A stretch of 64,000 nt of DNA from Eledone cirrhosa (taxonomy: Eukaryota): assembly GCA_964016885.1 (NCBI GenBank), contig OZ024758.1, forward strand, positions 8,122,001 to 8,186,000. Direction: 5' to 3'. Each line of letters opens with the position of its first letter. Within the stretch, counting starts at the first letter, position 1. Under the pieces are notes generated by a model, which did not search any database, was not told the origin of the DNA, and was given only the letters and a program-made list of their open reading frames with translations. Both the position numbers and the translations under genes were made by a program. This document shows, piece after piece, positions 13,028 through 27,973 of the stretch.

Positions 13028-16000
13028 CAAAATTAAATTAAGGATGTCATGTCTGAGAAAGATGCGCCATATAACCTCTGTAGAATAAGTTCAAATATTC
13101 TTTGGGATAGATCTGAGCATTTATAAGCATTCAATTAAAAATCGATTCACATATACGACATAACATCGGGGGACTCATTTCTACAGCTGAGTAAACTGGA
13201 GCAACGTAAAATGTGTCGTCTTGCTGGAAAACAAAATGCACCACCCGATCCGAGAATCAAACTCACAACCTCATGATTGCAAGCCTAATGCTCTAACCAC
13301 TAAGCCATGTGCCTTCCCTCATTATGTTGCCAGTATTGCCACTGAAAAGGAACACACACACACACACACACACCATATGATTTGAAAATCATATAGGAAA
13401 TACGTTTTATTAGAAATATGTTAACAGAAAGGTTAATATAATTGTTTCTACTTTTGGCACAAGGCCAGCAATTACCCAGTACATTACTGGTACTTTATTT
13501 TATCGAGCCTGTAAGGATGAAAGGCAAAGTTAACCTCGATGGTTTAATATAATATTGCTAAATAGCTTCCAGATGTGTAAATAAACCTATCATGTGTCGT
13601 AAAGTTCTTGGGAAATATTTCCTTTATGAAAGTTAACTAAATTTTTGTTTTCCTTAATGAAACAGAGAGAGTTTCTGGGTTAGTATCTGTGCTCCCATGA
13701 AGGGGGATATTGAAGATGACCATGAGGACAAAGAGGAGGTAAGTTTCTAATTTACAGATTTATTGAATCATCAATATCGTCACCACCACTGTCATCACTA
13801 CCATCACCCCCACCACCAGCTTCATCATTACGGCCACCACCATCAGATTCGCCCCCACCACCATCATTACCATCACCCCCACCACCATCATTACCACCAA
13901 CATCATCACCATCATCATCTAACATCTGTTTTCACATAGTCAAAACTGAAACAGGGCTACTGACATCTTAGATTGACTGGGGTCGTCTTACATACAGTCC
14001 CATAGTTTTCTGACTACATCTTATCAAGACACCAGTACTAGGGAGTTTTGTATGTCCTCCTGACCCTTTCTTTGCCAAAATATTAGTTTTCACTTACTTT
14101 CCATATTAAAAGTACAATTTCATCCATTGAAACTTCTCAATATATCAAACTATTTTCTACTTACCTCTATGTCACTTATACATTAAAATGGGAATGTTAT
14201 TTTCAATACAATCTACTGAAGTGGAGGCTTCCAGAATTCTTGGTCCTGAACCACATCCCAGTCACTGCTATCAGAGCAGAGTTGGCTGTCACAGGTGTGA
14301 ACCCTATGAGGTGGAGTGGCTGTTACAGTATGTCTCCCTCACCATCCTCTGGCCTCCCACAGGTGTCTCCCTCACCATCCTCTGGCCTCCCACAGGTGTG
14401 AGCCCTGCAATGTGGTTGTCTGCTCCAGTGTATCTCCCTCACTCCTCTGGGACAATATATTCTCCATCCTGTCAGCTGGGACCACGAGGCGGAGGGTAAG
14501 TTAGTTGGTGGTGGAGGATATTTGTGTAGTCATCATACATATACACACATACCAAACAGATATAATGTAAATCTTGTTAAATAACACTGTGAATCTACTG
14601 AAGTGTCTTGTAAATAATTCACTGAAATATTATTCCAACATGTCTACAACTACCAAATACTACCCCACCATGTCTACAGCCAACAAATAATACCCCACCA
14701 TGTCTACAGCCAACAAATAATACCCCACCATGTCTACACCCAACAAATAATACCCCACCATGTCTACAGCCAACTACAGCCAACAAATACTACCCCACCA
14801 TGTCTACAGCCAACAAATAATACCCCACCATGTCTACAGCCAACAAATAATACCCCACCATGTCTACACCCAACAAATAATACCCCACCATGTCTACAGC
14901 CAACTACAGCCAACAAATAATACCCCACCATGTCTACACCCAACAAATAATACCCCACCATGTCTACAGCCAACTACAGCCAACAAATACTACCCCACCA
15001 TGTCTACAGCCAACAAATACTACCCCACCATGTCTACAGCCAACAAATAATACCCCACCATGTCTACAGCCAACAAATAATACCCCACCATGTCTACAGC
15101 CATCTACAACCAACAAAAGTATATCAAATTTAACAGCCAGTTTCTTATGACTTACAGATGCAGTTGTATAGGTTTGCTGACATCAAAACTGTCGCCTATG
15201 TCTTCCTAATCCTGGCACAAGAGAGTTATACAGTTCCAAGGTAAGCCATTACATAGCTTGTTTAAAACTTGTTTTTTATTGGTTTGGTTTGATATACAGG
15301 GTTATGTCTAGGGCCTTTGTAGGGCCTACACTTATTGTTTTCATCTGATTTACAGGGCTAAGCTTACAGCCATTGCAAGCTGGTCACTTATTGGTTTGGT
15401 CAGTATGGAATGAGGAGGGTTAATGGTATTAGAGGCTGACCAGTCACTTATTGGTGAGGTCATTATGGAATGAGGAGGGTTAATAGTATTAGAGGCTGAC
15501 CGGTCACTTATTGGTTTGGTCAGTATGGAATGAGGAGGGTTAATGGTATTAGAGGCTGACCAGTCACTTATTGGTGAGGTCATTATGGAATGAGGAGGGT
15601 TAATAGTATTAGAGGCTGACCGGTCACTTATTGGTGAGGTCATTATGGAATGAGGAGGGTTAATAGTATTAGAGGCTGACCGGTCACTTATTGGTGAGGT
15701 CATTATGGAATGAGGAGGGTTAATAGTATTAGAGGCTGACCAGTCACTTATTGGTTTGGTCAGTATGGAATGAGGAGGGTTAATAGTATTAGAGGCTGAC
15801 CGGTCACTTATTGGTGAGGTCATTATGGAATGAGGAGGGTTAATGGTGGAGGAGGAGGAGTTCTTAAATGAGGTTTCCATAACTTTTGAAATATTAAAAA
15901 CAAAGTCCATTTCTTTTTCTTTCTCAAATCATTTTCTCTGCAAAATGCAGTGCTTGTCTGAAAAGTTCATAGGCTGACTAAGATACTCTCATGGAATGAC

Positions 16001-18225
16001 CAAATGAGCTTTATTTTTCAACATAGTCCCTAGAAAGAAACAATGCAGTTTGATTGTACTGATAGTGCGTCGGACACCATGCTTCCAGGCATAGAGTTAC
16101 AGCACTTTATGTTCTGAGTTCAAATCCCACTTAGGTTAGCTTTGCTTTTCATCCTTACAGGGTCAATAAAATAAAGTACCAGTAATGTACTGGGGTCCAT
16201 TTAATCAACTATCCCCGCCCCCCTCCCCAAAATTTGTTACCGTTAATAAGAAGAGTTGAAATTAATGCATGCAAGATTTCACAGCTCTAACATCCTCCTT
16301 CATAGTCAGCCTATGAACTTTCAACTGACCCTCATATAATCTTAACATTATTACACAGTAGTTGTCTCATTTTTAACTCTTATTCTATTATTTCATGTTT
16401 CTGGGTTAGTGGATTGGCAGCATCGGTAGAGAGTCGGATACCATGCTTCATGGCATCGAGCTACGTCCCTTTACGGTCTGAGTTCAAATCCCGCCGAGGT
16501 TAACTTTGCCTTTTATCCTTACGGGGGTCGATAAAATAAAGTACCAGTAATGCACTGGGGTCAATTCAATTGACTTTCCCCTCCCCCCAAATTGCTGGCC
16601 TTGTGCCTATATCAGAAACCATTATTTCATGTTTCTCTTTTGTAAATATAAATGTTTTCATATTGAAAGAATCTCCCTGAGTTTCACTGGTAAATGTATT
16701 TTTGTTCTTGTAACAGAGAAAGGTTAGATGGAAATTTCAAATCTGAGATGGCAGTACTTTCTAAAGGAAACAGAATAAAATATTGGTCAACCGTACGTAT
16801 CTTCAGTCATCATCATCGTCACTGTTTAATGTCCATTTTTCTATGCTTAGTATGGGTTAGACAAGTTGTCCCATTGTGAGACAAGTCAGGTCAGATGACC
16901 GTGTCTTGCTCATACAGAACTATTTCTGGCTTGGTTTCTACAGCTAGAGGCCATTCCTAACACCAACCATATTTACAGTGTGGACTGGGTGGGTTTCTTC
17001 ATGATACCTACACGATGTAGTTGTGACAACTACATGAACACTTTACAGTGTGGAGTGGGTGCTTTTTGTTGTGACACCTACACATTCACCAGTTACAATG
17101 AGCAGCTGCTCATTGGTATTAAGTAACTGAGTGTACCAGACACACCCCTGGATAGGACACCAGTCCTTCACAGGTTTAACTCACTACTGCTGCTCATTGG
17201 TGTTAAGTAACTGAGTGTACCAGAGTCACCCCTGGATAAGACACCAGTCCTTCACAGGTTTAACTCGCTACTGCTGCTCATTGGTGTTAAGTAACTGAGT
17301 GTACCAGAGTCACCCCTGGATAAGACACCAGTCCTTCACAGGTTTAACTCACTACTGCTGCTCATTGGTGTTAAGTAACTGAGTGTACCAGACTCACCCC
17401 TGGATAGGACACCAGTCCTTCACAGGTTTAACTCGCTGCTGCTGCTACTCATTTTCAGCTGAATAGACAAGAGAAGTGTGAAGTGAAATACTTTTACCTA
17501 ACAAACCATGCTGTCCATAGACTGGGATTAACTTATAATAATTTGTGTTTGTGAAAATCTGTAATCCTCATTCTAGTTACTATGTATTATTCATAACATT
17601 AACAAACACTTGAATATTTTGTTTTAATAGTTTATCAAGAATTCACTAAAAGAAATTGCTGAACAAGATGGTCTAGATGCCTACTTGACTTATGACAGTG
17701 TCAAAGATGGTTCCACACTGCTTCTTCTAAAATCTTGGAAAAATTGGTTGATTACAATCACCAAATTAAAGGTATGTCTATATTTCAGTATCTTTAGAGC
17801 AACACACAAAATGCTATATGGCATTGAGTTACGGCCCTTTGCGTTCTGAGTTCAAATCCTGCCAAGTTTAGCTTTGCCTTTCATCCTTACGAGGTTGATA
17901 AAATAAAGCACCGGTAATGTACTGGGATAATTGCTGGCCTTGTGCCAAAAGTAGAAACAGTTATTATTATTATTCTTGGAGTCTCAGTCATTGATGGAAC
18001 TGGAAAGTTTGTTGAAATGAACATCAAGCCGCAACAAACACACACACACACACACACACACATGAACACACACACACATGAACAAACACATGAACACACA
18101 CACATGAACACACACAAACAAACACATGAACACACACACACAAACAAACATGAATACACACACACAAACACATGAACACACACAAACACATGAACACACG
18201 CACACACAAACAAACAAACACATGA

Positions 18226-18285
<60 letters not shown>

Positions 18286-21200
18286 ACACAAACACATGAA
18301 CACATACAAACACACACACATGATGGGTTTCTGATCTATCAAATTTGATCTTCCAGATGTCATACAATAGAAATAACCCCCAAAGTAATTACAAAACAAG
18401 CCCCTTAATCCCCACAACCATGCCTAATTTATTGTTTTAATTTTATATTTTTTTTATTTTTCAGGTTCCTGGTGTAAATCTCACTGATGAACTTAAATTA
18501 CAAATTTTATCTGATTTGCTCTCCAGTATCCAATATCTTGTAAGGAAAATTTATGACTTTATAATAAGCTGCTTTAACCCTTTAACATTTACATTACTCT
18601 ATATTTACTATTGTGTTTTTGTGGTAAAGGATTTATCTTGCATAATTATCTCACATAATATCGAATCTATGAGATTTTGATGTTATTTATTTTGAGAACA
18701 ATACCTCAACATAAGCATGAGTGGCCAGTTACGTCTGGTTTTAATAGAATTAGGTGAGAGAATTCTGACCGGATATGGCCTGTTTAAATGCTAAAGGGTA
18801 AATGTAGCCCCTGTGTAAATCTGTGTTCTTGGGGATGATATCTTAACCCTTTTGTTACCAAACAAACCCTGGTTCTATGATACATATCTCTATGTGTTTG
18901 TATATATCTAAAAACATTCCATCATTATTTTATGTAAAACTCTTTAAGTTGTGTTCCAAACAACAGTTTGATAATGAAAGATTTAGTTGGATTATTAAAT
19001 TCCTTCAAATTCTTTACCATTTTCAAAATTATTTGAAAACCAGAAACAGTTTCTTCTATTAGAAATATGACAATGAAAGGGTTAAAGACATAGGTAGTGT
19101 CTTACACTAGAAATATGGTAATGAAAGGGTTAAAGACATAGGTAGTGTCTTACACTAGAAATATGGTAATGAAAGGGTTAAAGACATAGGTAGTGTCTTA
19201 CACTAGAAATATGGTAATGAAAGGGTTAAAGACATAGGTAGTGTCTTACACTAGAAATATGGTAATGAAAGGGTTAAAGACATAGGTAGTGTCTTACACT
19301 AGAAATATGGTAATGAAAGGGTTAAAGACATAGGTAGTGTCTTACACTAGAAATATGGTAATGAAAGGGTTAAAGACATAGACACATGATTTCTTCCCAT
19401 ACAAAATATCTCTCCCATTCTACTAGAGTTTATTCCATGTGTCAAAAATTTCCATAAATTTAATTAGTTAAAGCTAAAAATGACAATGATGATGATGAAT
19501 GTGAATTTCAAATGAAATTCATAATAATATGATGAGTTTAATATATTGAGATTTGGTTTAAATATTGAATATTAATGGATTAAAGCATCAATCAGGAAAT
19601 TGGAAGTTTATAAGATGACAAACTTCATGCTGGTCTCAGGTTTCTTTATCTTTATAACAAGATTTAAAGTCATCATCATCATCATTGCTTTTACATCCAC
19701 CTCCTTCACACTTCCATACACCTCCCACATCCTAATATCCCACTCTTCACTAACGCCCTTACATCTCAGCTCACCCTGGCACCCAGTCCACTCTGTAAAG
19801 TGGTCATGTTGGTACCACAACAAAAAGCACTTAGCCCGCCCTCTAAAGTGGTCATTATGGTGCCATGATAGAAAGCACCCTGCCCACCCTCTAAAGTGCC
19901 ATGATAAAAATCACCCTGTCCACCCTCTAAAGTGGTCGTTATGGTGCCATGATAAAAGTCACCCTGTCCACCCTCTAAAGTGGTCGTTATGGTGCCATGA
20001 TAAAAGCACCCAGTGTACACTGTAAATGTGCTTGGCATAAGAAAGGACATCTAGCTGTAAAAACCAAGCCAGAAACAGTTCTGTGTGACTTGATTCACAA
20101 TGGGACAACTCTTCTAACCCATGCTAGCCTGGAAAATGGACATTAAATGATAATGATGATGATTTTTCCATTTTTTCATGCTGGGATAGGTTGGACGAAA
20201 TTTACTGAGGCTATTTTTCTGCAGCCAGTATCCTTCTTGAATCCAGCCCATACTTTTTCTGTTTAGTGTGTGTGTTTGTGGCAAGGTTCCTTGCAGTTTC
20301 CTTCTGCCAAACTCACCCAATAGGCATTTTTGATGCCATGCAGTGAAACAGAACACAAAAGCATGTGGTTGTAGAGTAAACATTTTAACCTTGCAGCCAT
20401 ACTATGAAATAAAACCACCCATTTTAAAGGTTTCCAAATTATATTGGCAATATCAGTAGCGGGTTGGACGCCATGCTTTCTAGCATAGTTACGTGTCTTT
20501 ACAGTCTGAGTTCAAATCCTGTCCAGGTTAACTTTGCCTTTTGTCATGTCACCAACATGACCACAATGCTATATTTAACTTCTACATTGTTTTTTTATAC
20601 AACATTATTCAATATATGTCTTTGTTCTGCTGTAGGTAAAAGATGACTTATCTGTGTATAAAGTAAAGCTAGCGTGTATCACTAGTGCCACCTATTTTAC
20701 AGTTATGACCAGTTGGGTCAGGTAAATTACATTCTTTTTGTTTTATTCAACCATCAACCATTGCAAATCAGTTACCATATTTATTTCTATTTCAAATGTT
20801 TTATTATTTTATTGGTTGCAATAAATGTCTTTGGCCATGCTGGGGCACCAGTTTATCACTAGTCTTTGGCCATGCTGGGGCACCAGTTTATCACTAGTCT
20901 TTGGCCATGCTGGGGCACCAGTTTATCACTAGTCTTTGGCCATGCTGGGGCACCAGTTTATCACTAGTCTTTGGCCATGCTGGGGCACCAACTTGAAGGG
21001 ATTTAGTTAATCATATTGATCCCAGTACTTATTTTATTGATTTCTTCTTTTTTTTTTGTCAAACTACAAATTATGGGAAGTAAATAAACAGAGAACGTAA
21101 ACACACACACACACATACTCATACACACACACTCTCTCTCTCGCACACGCACACATACACACATTGAACGGGCTTCCATAGTTTCCATCCACCAAACACA

Positions 21201-24200
21201 TACATGAAATATAATGTTATGGTGAAGCCCACCACAAGTACCACCCTAAATTGTTGTTCTGATAACACGGTACTCAGAAAATCACAATATATGTAAGTGG
21301 ACATCACCACCATCACCACCATCACCATCACCACCACCACCATCCCCACCACCACCATCACCACCGTCATCATCCCCACCACCACCATCACCACCGTCAT
21401 CATCCCCATCATCACCACCATCATCCTCATCACCGCCATCCCCATCACCACCATCATCACCATCACCACCATCACCACCGCCATCACCATATGTGTAAGT
21501 GGACATCACCATCCCCACCACCATCGTCATCATCCCCGCCATCACCACTACCATCACCATCCCCCACCACCGTCATCATCCCCACCATCACCACTACCAT
21601 CACCACCGCCATCATCACCCCGCCGCCATTACCATTGTCATCACCCCCAACTATCACCATCATTACTGCCATCCATTACTGGGATGTTAAAAAAAAAATG
21701 TCCCAGAAAATCACCCTGCACCATATGAGGACTAGGGTCAGTTTGTGTTACTGGCTAGTGGAGTTCTAGGGCTGCAGTGACCCTTAAATAAAACCACAAA
21801 CATCTCCACAAATGTAAACACAGTGGTGATTACTTCTACACCAACAATAGCAACTCTTTTCTAAATAAAGTTACAATTTTAATAGATTTTACGATGAATA
21901 AAATATTTCAACAAAAAATACGATGTAAAGAATAAAATAAATTTATTTTCACTTCCTTATGTTTTAAAAATGTACTAAAATATTACAACTAGAATTACGA
22001 TGTAGAATGATAATAAAAAAAATATGATATACAAAGTTTATATCCTTTATTTAACATTCATAGTTTAAACTCATTTACTTTTTTTTATGTCTGCCCAAAT
22101 TGAGGTGACACAGTTTGAAAATTAAACATGTCATTCCATAATAGGAATTTCAACTGAAACATAAAAGAAACCTTTTCCAGTTTTCTTTAAAACCCACAAT
22201 ACTATAGATCTACCAAATAAGTTAGATATTAAAATCATTATAGCATTTTGTCCTAATTTTTCTTTTCCAGTTCTATAACTCAATGGAGAGAAATTCTTGA
22301 GCAGCTACAGTTAACCTTGGACACAAGTTTTAGTAATAAAGAATTCCTTATACCAGCTGTGCAAATAGGTTTGGTGGCTTCCATGACAACCTTGTTACAG
22401 CTTCAGAATCACCAACAAACAAACAGTAAGTTTTAATTGTTTGCATGTACCCATAATTCCTAAAGATGTCATAGAGACGCGATATTGACATATGGTGTTT
22501 CAAGGACATTTTTAAACCTGACAGAGCCCATCTCCAGGACTGAATACAGAATAGAGAGGGATAAAGTAAGAAATGGAGGAAAGAAAATACCAATTCAGAC
22601 ATGACTAACGATGATGAAATATGAAGGGGTTGTGGTGGCAATACAGATGATAAGGCAAAACAAAGAAGCTTGTCATTTGGCCTACAAAGCTAACCCATAA
22701 TTTAGCAGGAAAAATGGCCTTAAAATGTTTATCGATTTCATTGAAAATAGAATTATTTTAATAGTATAAAGGTTGTAGCTCGTGATGGTTGTTAATGTCA
22801 CAGTACTAATGAAAGGTTTTCTTATTATTATTATTATCTTATTCTAGTTTCTGAACAGTGTTTGGTGTCTCTTCTGAAAATAGTCTGTTCTATGTTACTT
22901 GAGTGTGTGCGAAATTTATTCCCACTTCAAACCAACGCTAAAGAAGATATCACTGATGAAGGTCAAATGACATCACTACAGAGAAAACAGAACACAAAAC
23001 TCAAGGTAAAACCAAGCTCCTTTAAACCTATCTTAGGATTAATATATATATTTAACATTATTACTTCATGTCTTTCATGATATACCTAAAACTTCAGGAA
23101 AGGTTGTATATTTACCGTATGTACTCAAATGAAAGTCAACCCCACTATTTTATGTTTGAGAAATGAGCAAAAATCCAAACCTTATTTACGTAGAATTTGA
23201 AGTCACCATAGAGGTAACGGAAAGGAATGTGGCCAGTTTAAGAATCAAAGAGGTCATTATCATCAGCAAGAAGAAAAAAATCACAGATAAATAATAGATT
23301 GGAAATACATGAAACAAATTAGCAACTATAACGACTTCATGCTTGCATATTTCAGACATGTTGGACAGTTAAGATAGAACATATTGATTGTTCGTTTTTG
23401 TTTTGAACCATTTCTATTTCACATTTGAGAAGAGGGTGATAGCCCCGAAATATCATGTTGAAATATACTGGGTTATACATTACTTTGTTTTGTCATCCTT
23501 TGCCCTTTATATATTTCTACCACATTCTACCAGCTTAATGAAACTTAGCCATTTATTACATATCTCACAATGCTTCATATTAACTATACTAATAATAATA
23601 ATAATCTGAGGTATGTCAATACACAAAGCTAACTGACCAGAAAAGAAAAAAATGTCTTTTAATTGATGTATCAATCTCTATAGACTATATATCTACCAAA
23701 AAAAATGAAGGAATTATTCAAATATAAAGATGTAGAGATAGAAACAACCTGAATATGGTTGAAAACAAAAATAATTCCTTATAATAGGTGTTCTGGGAAC
23801 ACATAACCCCTGGACTTAGAAACATTCAACATACAGGGCACTACTAGGTACTGTACACATACTTATGTTATGAAAAGTACTCTCAATACTATAGATTTGA
23901 ACTCAGAACGTAAAGGGACGCAACTCTATGCCATAAAGTATGTTTCAGATGTTCTACCAATACTGCCAATCCACCTCCCTTATTATTAATAATATCAATA
24001 ATTGTTTCTACTTTTGGCACAAGGCCAGCAATTACCCCCAGTGTATTACTGGTGCTTTCTTTTATCAACCCTGTAAGGCAAAGTTAAACTCGACGGGATT
24101 TGAACTCAGACCGTAAAGGGACATAACTCTATGCTACAAAGCATTGTGTCTGAAACAATAATAGTAATAATTCTTTCTAACATTGGCACAAGGTCAGCAA

Positions 24201-27200
24201 TTTGAGGGAAGGAGAAAGTCAATAATATTGATCCCAGTGCATAACTGGTACTCTATTTTTATCAACCCTGGAAGGATGTAAATAATAATATTCTAACCAT
24301 TAAACCATTTCCTCAACTTCAGCTCCTGATGACCAGTGTTCTTCTATTACAAGAAATTATCCAGAACTTAAAGGATTCTAATTCCTGGATATCTGTGTTA
24401 CACAACCATTTGTTGATCCCTACGTTGTTGGCAACAGTTGAAGTGTGGATTAAAGTAAGTATCAGCTCTTAAACTTCTTAACAAATGTTGTATATACATA
24501 GCCGATCTCTCGGACTCTTACGAAGTGCTGAGGTAATAAAGAGAGATTACACTGTTTTTTTACATTAATGTTTCTATAAGTAATTTTTCACTTACCTGCT
24601 AAAATGATTTCCTGAATTTCTAAAATGAAATTCTTCGGAATTATAAACCACTACACCTCACTCCCACTTCTACCCAGACCACCTTTACTCTTGGCATGTT
24701 GGCATCACAAAAACATCCAGCCCACACTGTAAAGTGGTCGTGTAGGTGTCACGACAAAAAGCACCCAGCACACATTGTAAAGTGGTTGGCACTAGGAAGG
24801 GCATCCAGCTCTAGAAGACTAGCCAGAAACAGTCCTATATGAGCAAGACACGGTCACCTGACCCAACTCGCCTCTAATGGGACAAACCTGTCTAACCCAG
24901 GATAGTGTGGATAATAGATGTTAAACGATGATGATGATGATGGTGATATACTGGACTTTAAACTTCTTAAATCCCTTTCATACCAAACAACCTGAAACTA
25001 CTCCTGGTTTCATGATACTAAGCTGCTTATTTTAAAGTACTTATATTTGTCTAAAACTGTACATCATAATTTTATGTAAGAACCTTTGTTAAAATATATT
25101 CCAAACTCTAGATAAATAATGAGAAGTTTATATTACTAATTCCCTCCAAATTATTGATTATTTTCAAAACGATTTGGAAAATTTAAGGGTTGACTTTGCC
25201 TTTCATCCTTACGGGGTCGATAAAATAAAGTACCAGTAATACACTGGGTAATTGCTGGTCTTGTGCCAAAAAGTAGAAACAATTATTGATTATTTTCAAA
25301 ACGATTTGGAAAATTTAAGCAATGCCTTTTATTAAAAATATGGTAAAGAAAGGGTTAAAGTGGAAGGGAGCATAATAGATAATATGGATTATTTGACATC
25401 TCATCACCCAGAGATCATCATCATGCCATCACATGTCGATACCAACACAGTCTTCTCTCTTGTACACTACTTCTGATTCCTCTTATACTCAGTTTTTCCC
25501 TCAGTTCATCCATGCTTTGTCACTTGCACACATTAACATTACACATCCATCAAAGCATGCTTGCCTCATTTCTCTCCAGCCTCCACATGTGCTCTGTGTT
25601 CACTACCATGTAGCATTACACTTTGCACACAGACATCATACAGCCAACCTTTCATTCACAGCACTATCTTATAGATTATCTCTGACAATATCTGATATGT
25701 TATCTACACAGGTGGGCTGAGCAATTCATAGGCTGACTATGAAGGAATCGTGTTAAAGCTGTGAAATCTTGCATGCATTAATTTTAACTCTTCTTTCTAG
25801 GGAAAAATAAACTTCATTTGGTCATTCCATGAGAGTATCTTGGACAGTCAATGAACTCTTCAACAAACCCTTGTATGAATTTGATCTGCTTTCTGTTGAT
25901 CTTTAAATATATTTTATAGAAATGTCTTTCCTTTTCTCCTTTACAGTCTAAACAAGGATTGCTGTTCATTGATGCTTCTTTGACTCTTCTCTTAACAATT
26001 TCTAAAACTGAGAAGGTAAGCTGACAGAAACCAGTTCTTATAAACTTTTATTATTATTTACATCATATGGTGGAATGGCAGTATCGGTAGAGGGTCGGAC
26101 GCCATGCTTTCCAGCATAGTTACGTCCCTTTACGATCTGAGTTCAAATCCCGCCGAGGTTGACTTTGCCTTTCATCCTTACGGGGTCGATAAAATAAAGT
26201 ACCAGTAATGCACTGGGTAATTGCTGGCCTTGTGCCTAAAGTAGAAACAATTATTATTTACATCATATACAATTGATTGTCTGTGTTAGAGTTTCTTGTT
26301 TAATTTTCACCCAATGTAAGACTATTCAACATGGTATCAAAACTGTTTCAAAACTGAATGTTAACAGATAAGTTACTTTCATTGAGTCCCAGCATAGCGA
26401 AACAAAAGGTAAATATAAGCCCTTCACAGTTGTTTCAAGGGAAGATCCTGGGGTGATTTATACTAAAGAATGCAAATATATAATCAATTGAAAAATATCT
26501 ACTTGAATTCGTAATCTCTTGTCTTTGTAGGGTGCAAATATCCTCATGTCTGCAGAGTTTGCAAACCATGTGTGTTTATCCATCAGTTCTCTGTACAATA
26601 TAGATGATCTCTCTCAGAAACTCCTAACATCTAGCAGAGTAAGTAAAATATACTAACCTACTTTTCTTTATGTTTAGAGTGTTAACCCTTTAGTTACCAA
26701 CCCGCCAAAACTGGCTCTGGTTCTATGAAATAAAACCACCCATTTTCACCCTTTTGTTGCTATATTTTATATTTAATTGCTAATTAATAATGTTGGTTCT
26801 TTACAGGAGAGGAATATATCTGATGACCAGAATTGGGATAACATACTCTGCCATTGTATTGACTTATATGCTTCTATGTTGATGACTCTTAAGTATTCAT
26901 TTTTAAAAGAGGCCCTTGATTTTATTGGTGTTCACCAAGACAGACTCCTTCAGGTATGTACTTTTCTATCCTAATTTTACATACTGACACCCATAATAAA
27001 TTCAATCCTCCTAATTTGATGCTAATTAACTCTAAGTACGCACACACATACATTGTTATTAGAGATGTTAGTATAGAATCTTCAGAGAAGAAAGAATTGT
27101 TTATATTGATGTTATTTGAAGTTAGTCCATCTAATCTTCTTCCCTTGGATAAAGATTCCTTTAAAGGAGAGGCAAATAGACGTCACAATTCTTTCTTCTC

Positions 27201-27354
27201 TGAAGATTCTATACTAATATCACTAATAATAATGTATTTGTGTCCGCACACACACAAATATATGTGTGAACTGTTACTTGTTATTGTATAGATGAAACAC
27301 AATGTAAGATGTAAAGTTTGGTTTTTAAATGTATTGCCTTCTCCATTTATTCTG

Positions 27355-27402
<48 letters not shown>

Positions 27403-27936
27403 TATAATCAGTTGGATGTATTCCACAAGGGATGTTTGAGATCCATCTGTGGCCATGTATGAGCAGATAAAATCTCCAACGCCGACATTGGTGGAATTGA
27501 AACTTTCCTTATGCAATCTCAGCTTGGTCGGGCTGGCCATGTCATCCACATGAGTGACAACAGAATTCCAAAAGTCCTCATGTACGGTCAGCTTAGCAGC
27601 AGCAACAGGAAGGTTGGTTGACCATGGTTACAATATAAGTTGAAATCAAGTCTCATTGCTCTTGCAATCCCTTTCCGTGATTGCAAACAAATAGCTGCTG
27701 ACAGAAAGGACTGGAGAGAAAGGGGCCATAGTGGGATCAGGAGCTTTGAATCCAGTCACATAGAGAAATTGTGTGTTGACCGAACAGGGACGAAGCAACG
27801 GGCCTTGATATCTGCAAGACTCTCCATAAACTCTTGCTCTTGAGACCTATGTGGCTTGGTGTGTGGGTCACTGGCAGGATTGAAATGTCACGTGAGACAC
27901 CGCCGTCCAGAGAGCTGTTGGATATCGACGGGAGAG

Positions 27937-27973
<37 letters not shown>

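Noticed and set aside
13649-13665. U12-type branch-like TTCCTTAAT before a NUP188 acceptor
   Set aside because: The matching donor is GTAAGT (U2-type); no U12 donor was found at any intron of either gene.
15350-15910. 186-aa repetitive ORF on the minus strand
   Set aside because: Stop-free frame of the 60-bp array; no homology or splice support.
19058-20990. CRISPR-like appearance of the 48-bp and 35-bp arrays
   Set aside because: Units are contiguous with no unique spacers, there are no cas genes, and the context is a eukaryotic intron.
21119-21769. His/Thr/Gly-Asp-rich ORFs (and the CV/HT-rich ORFs at 5.6 and 18 kb)
   Set aside because: Microsatellite translations.
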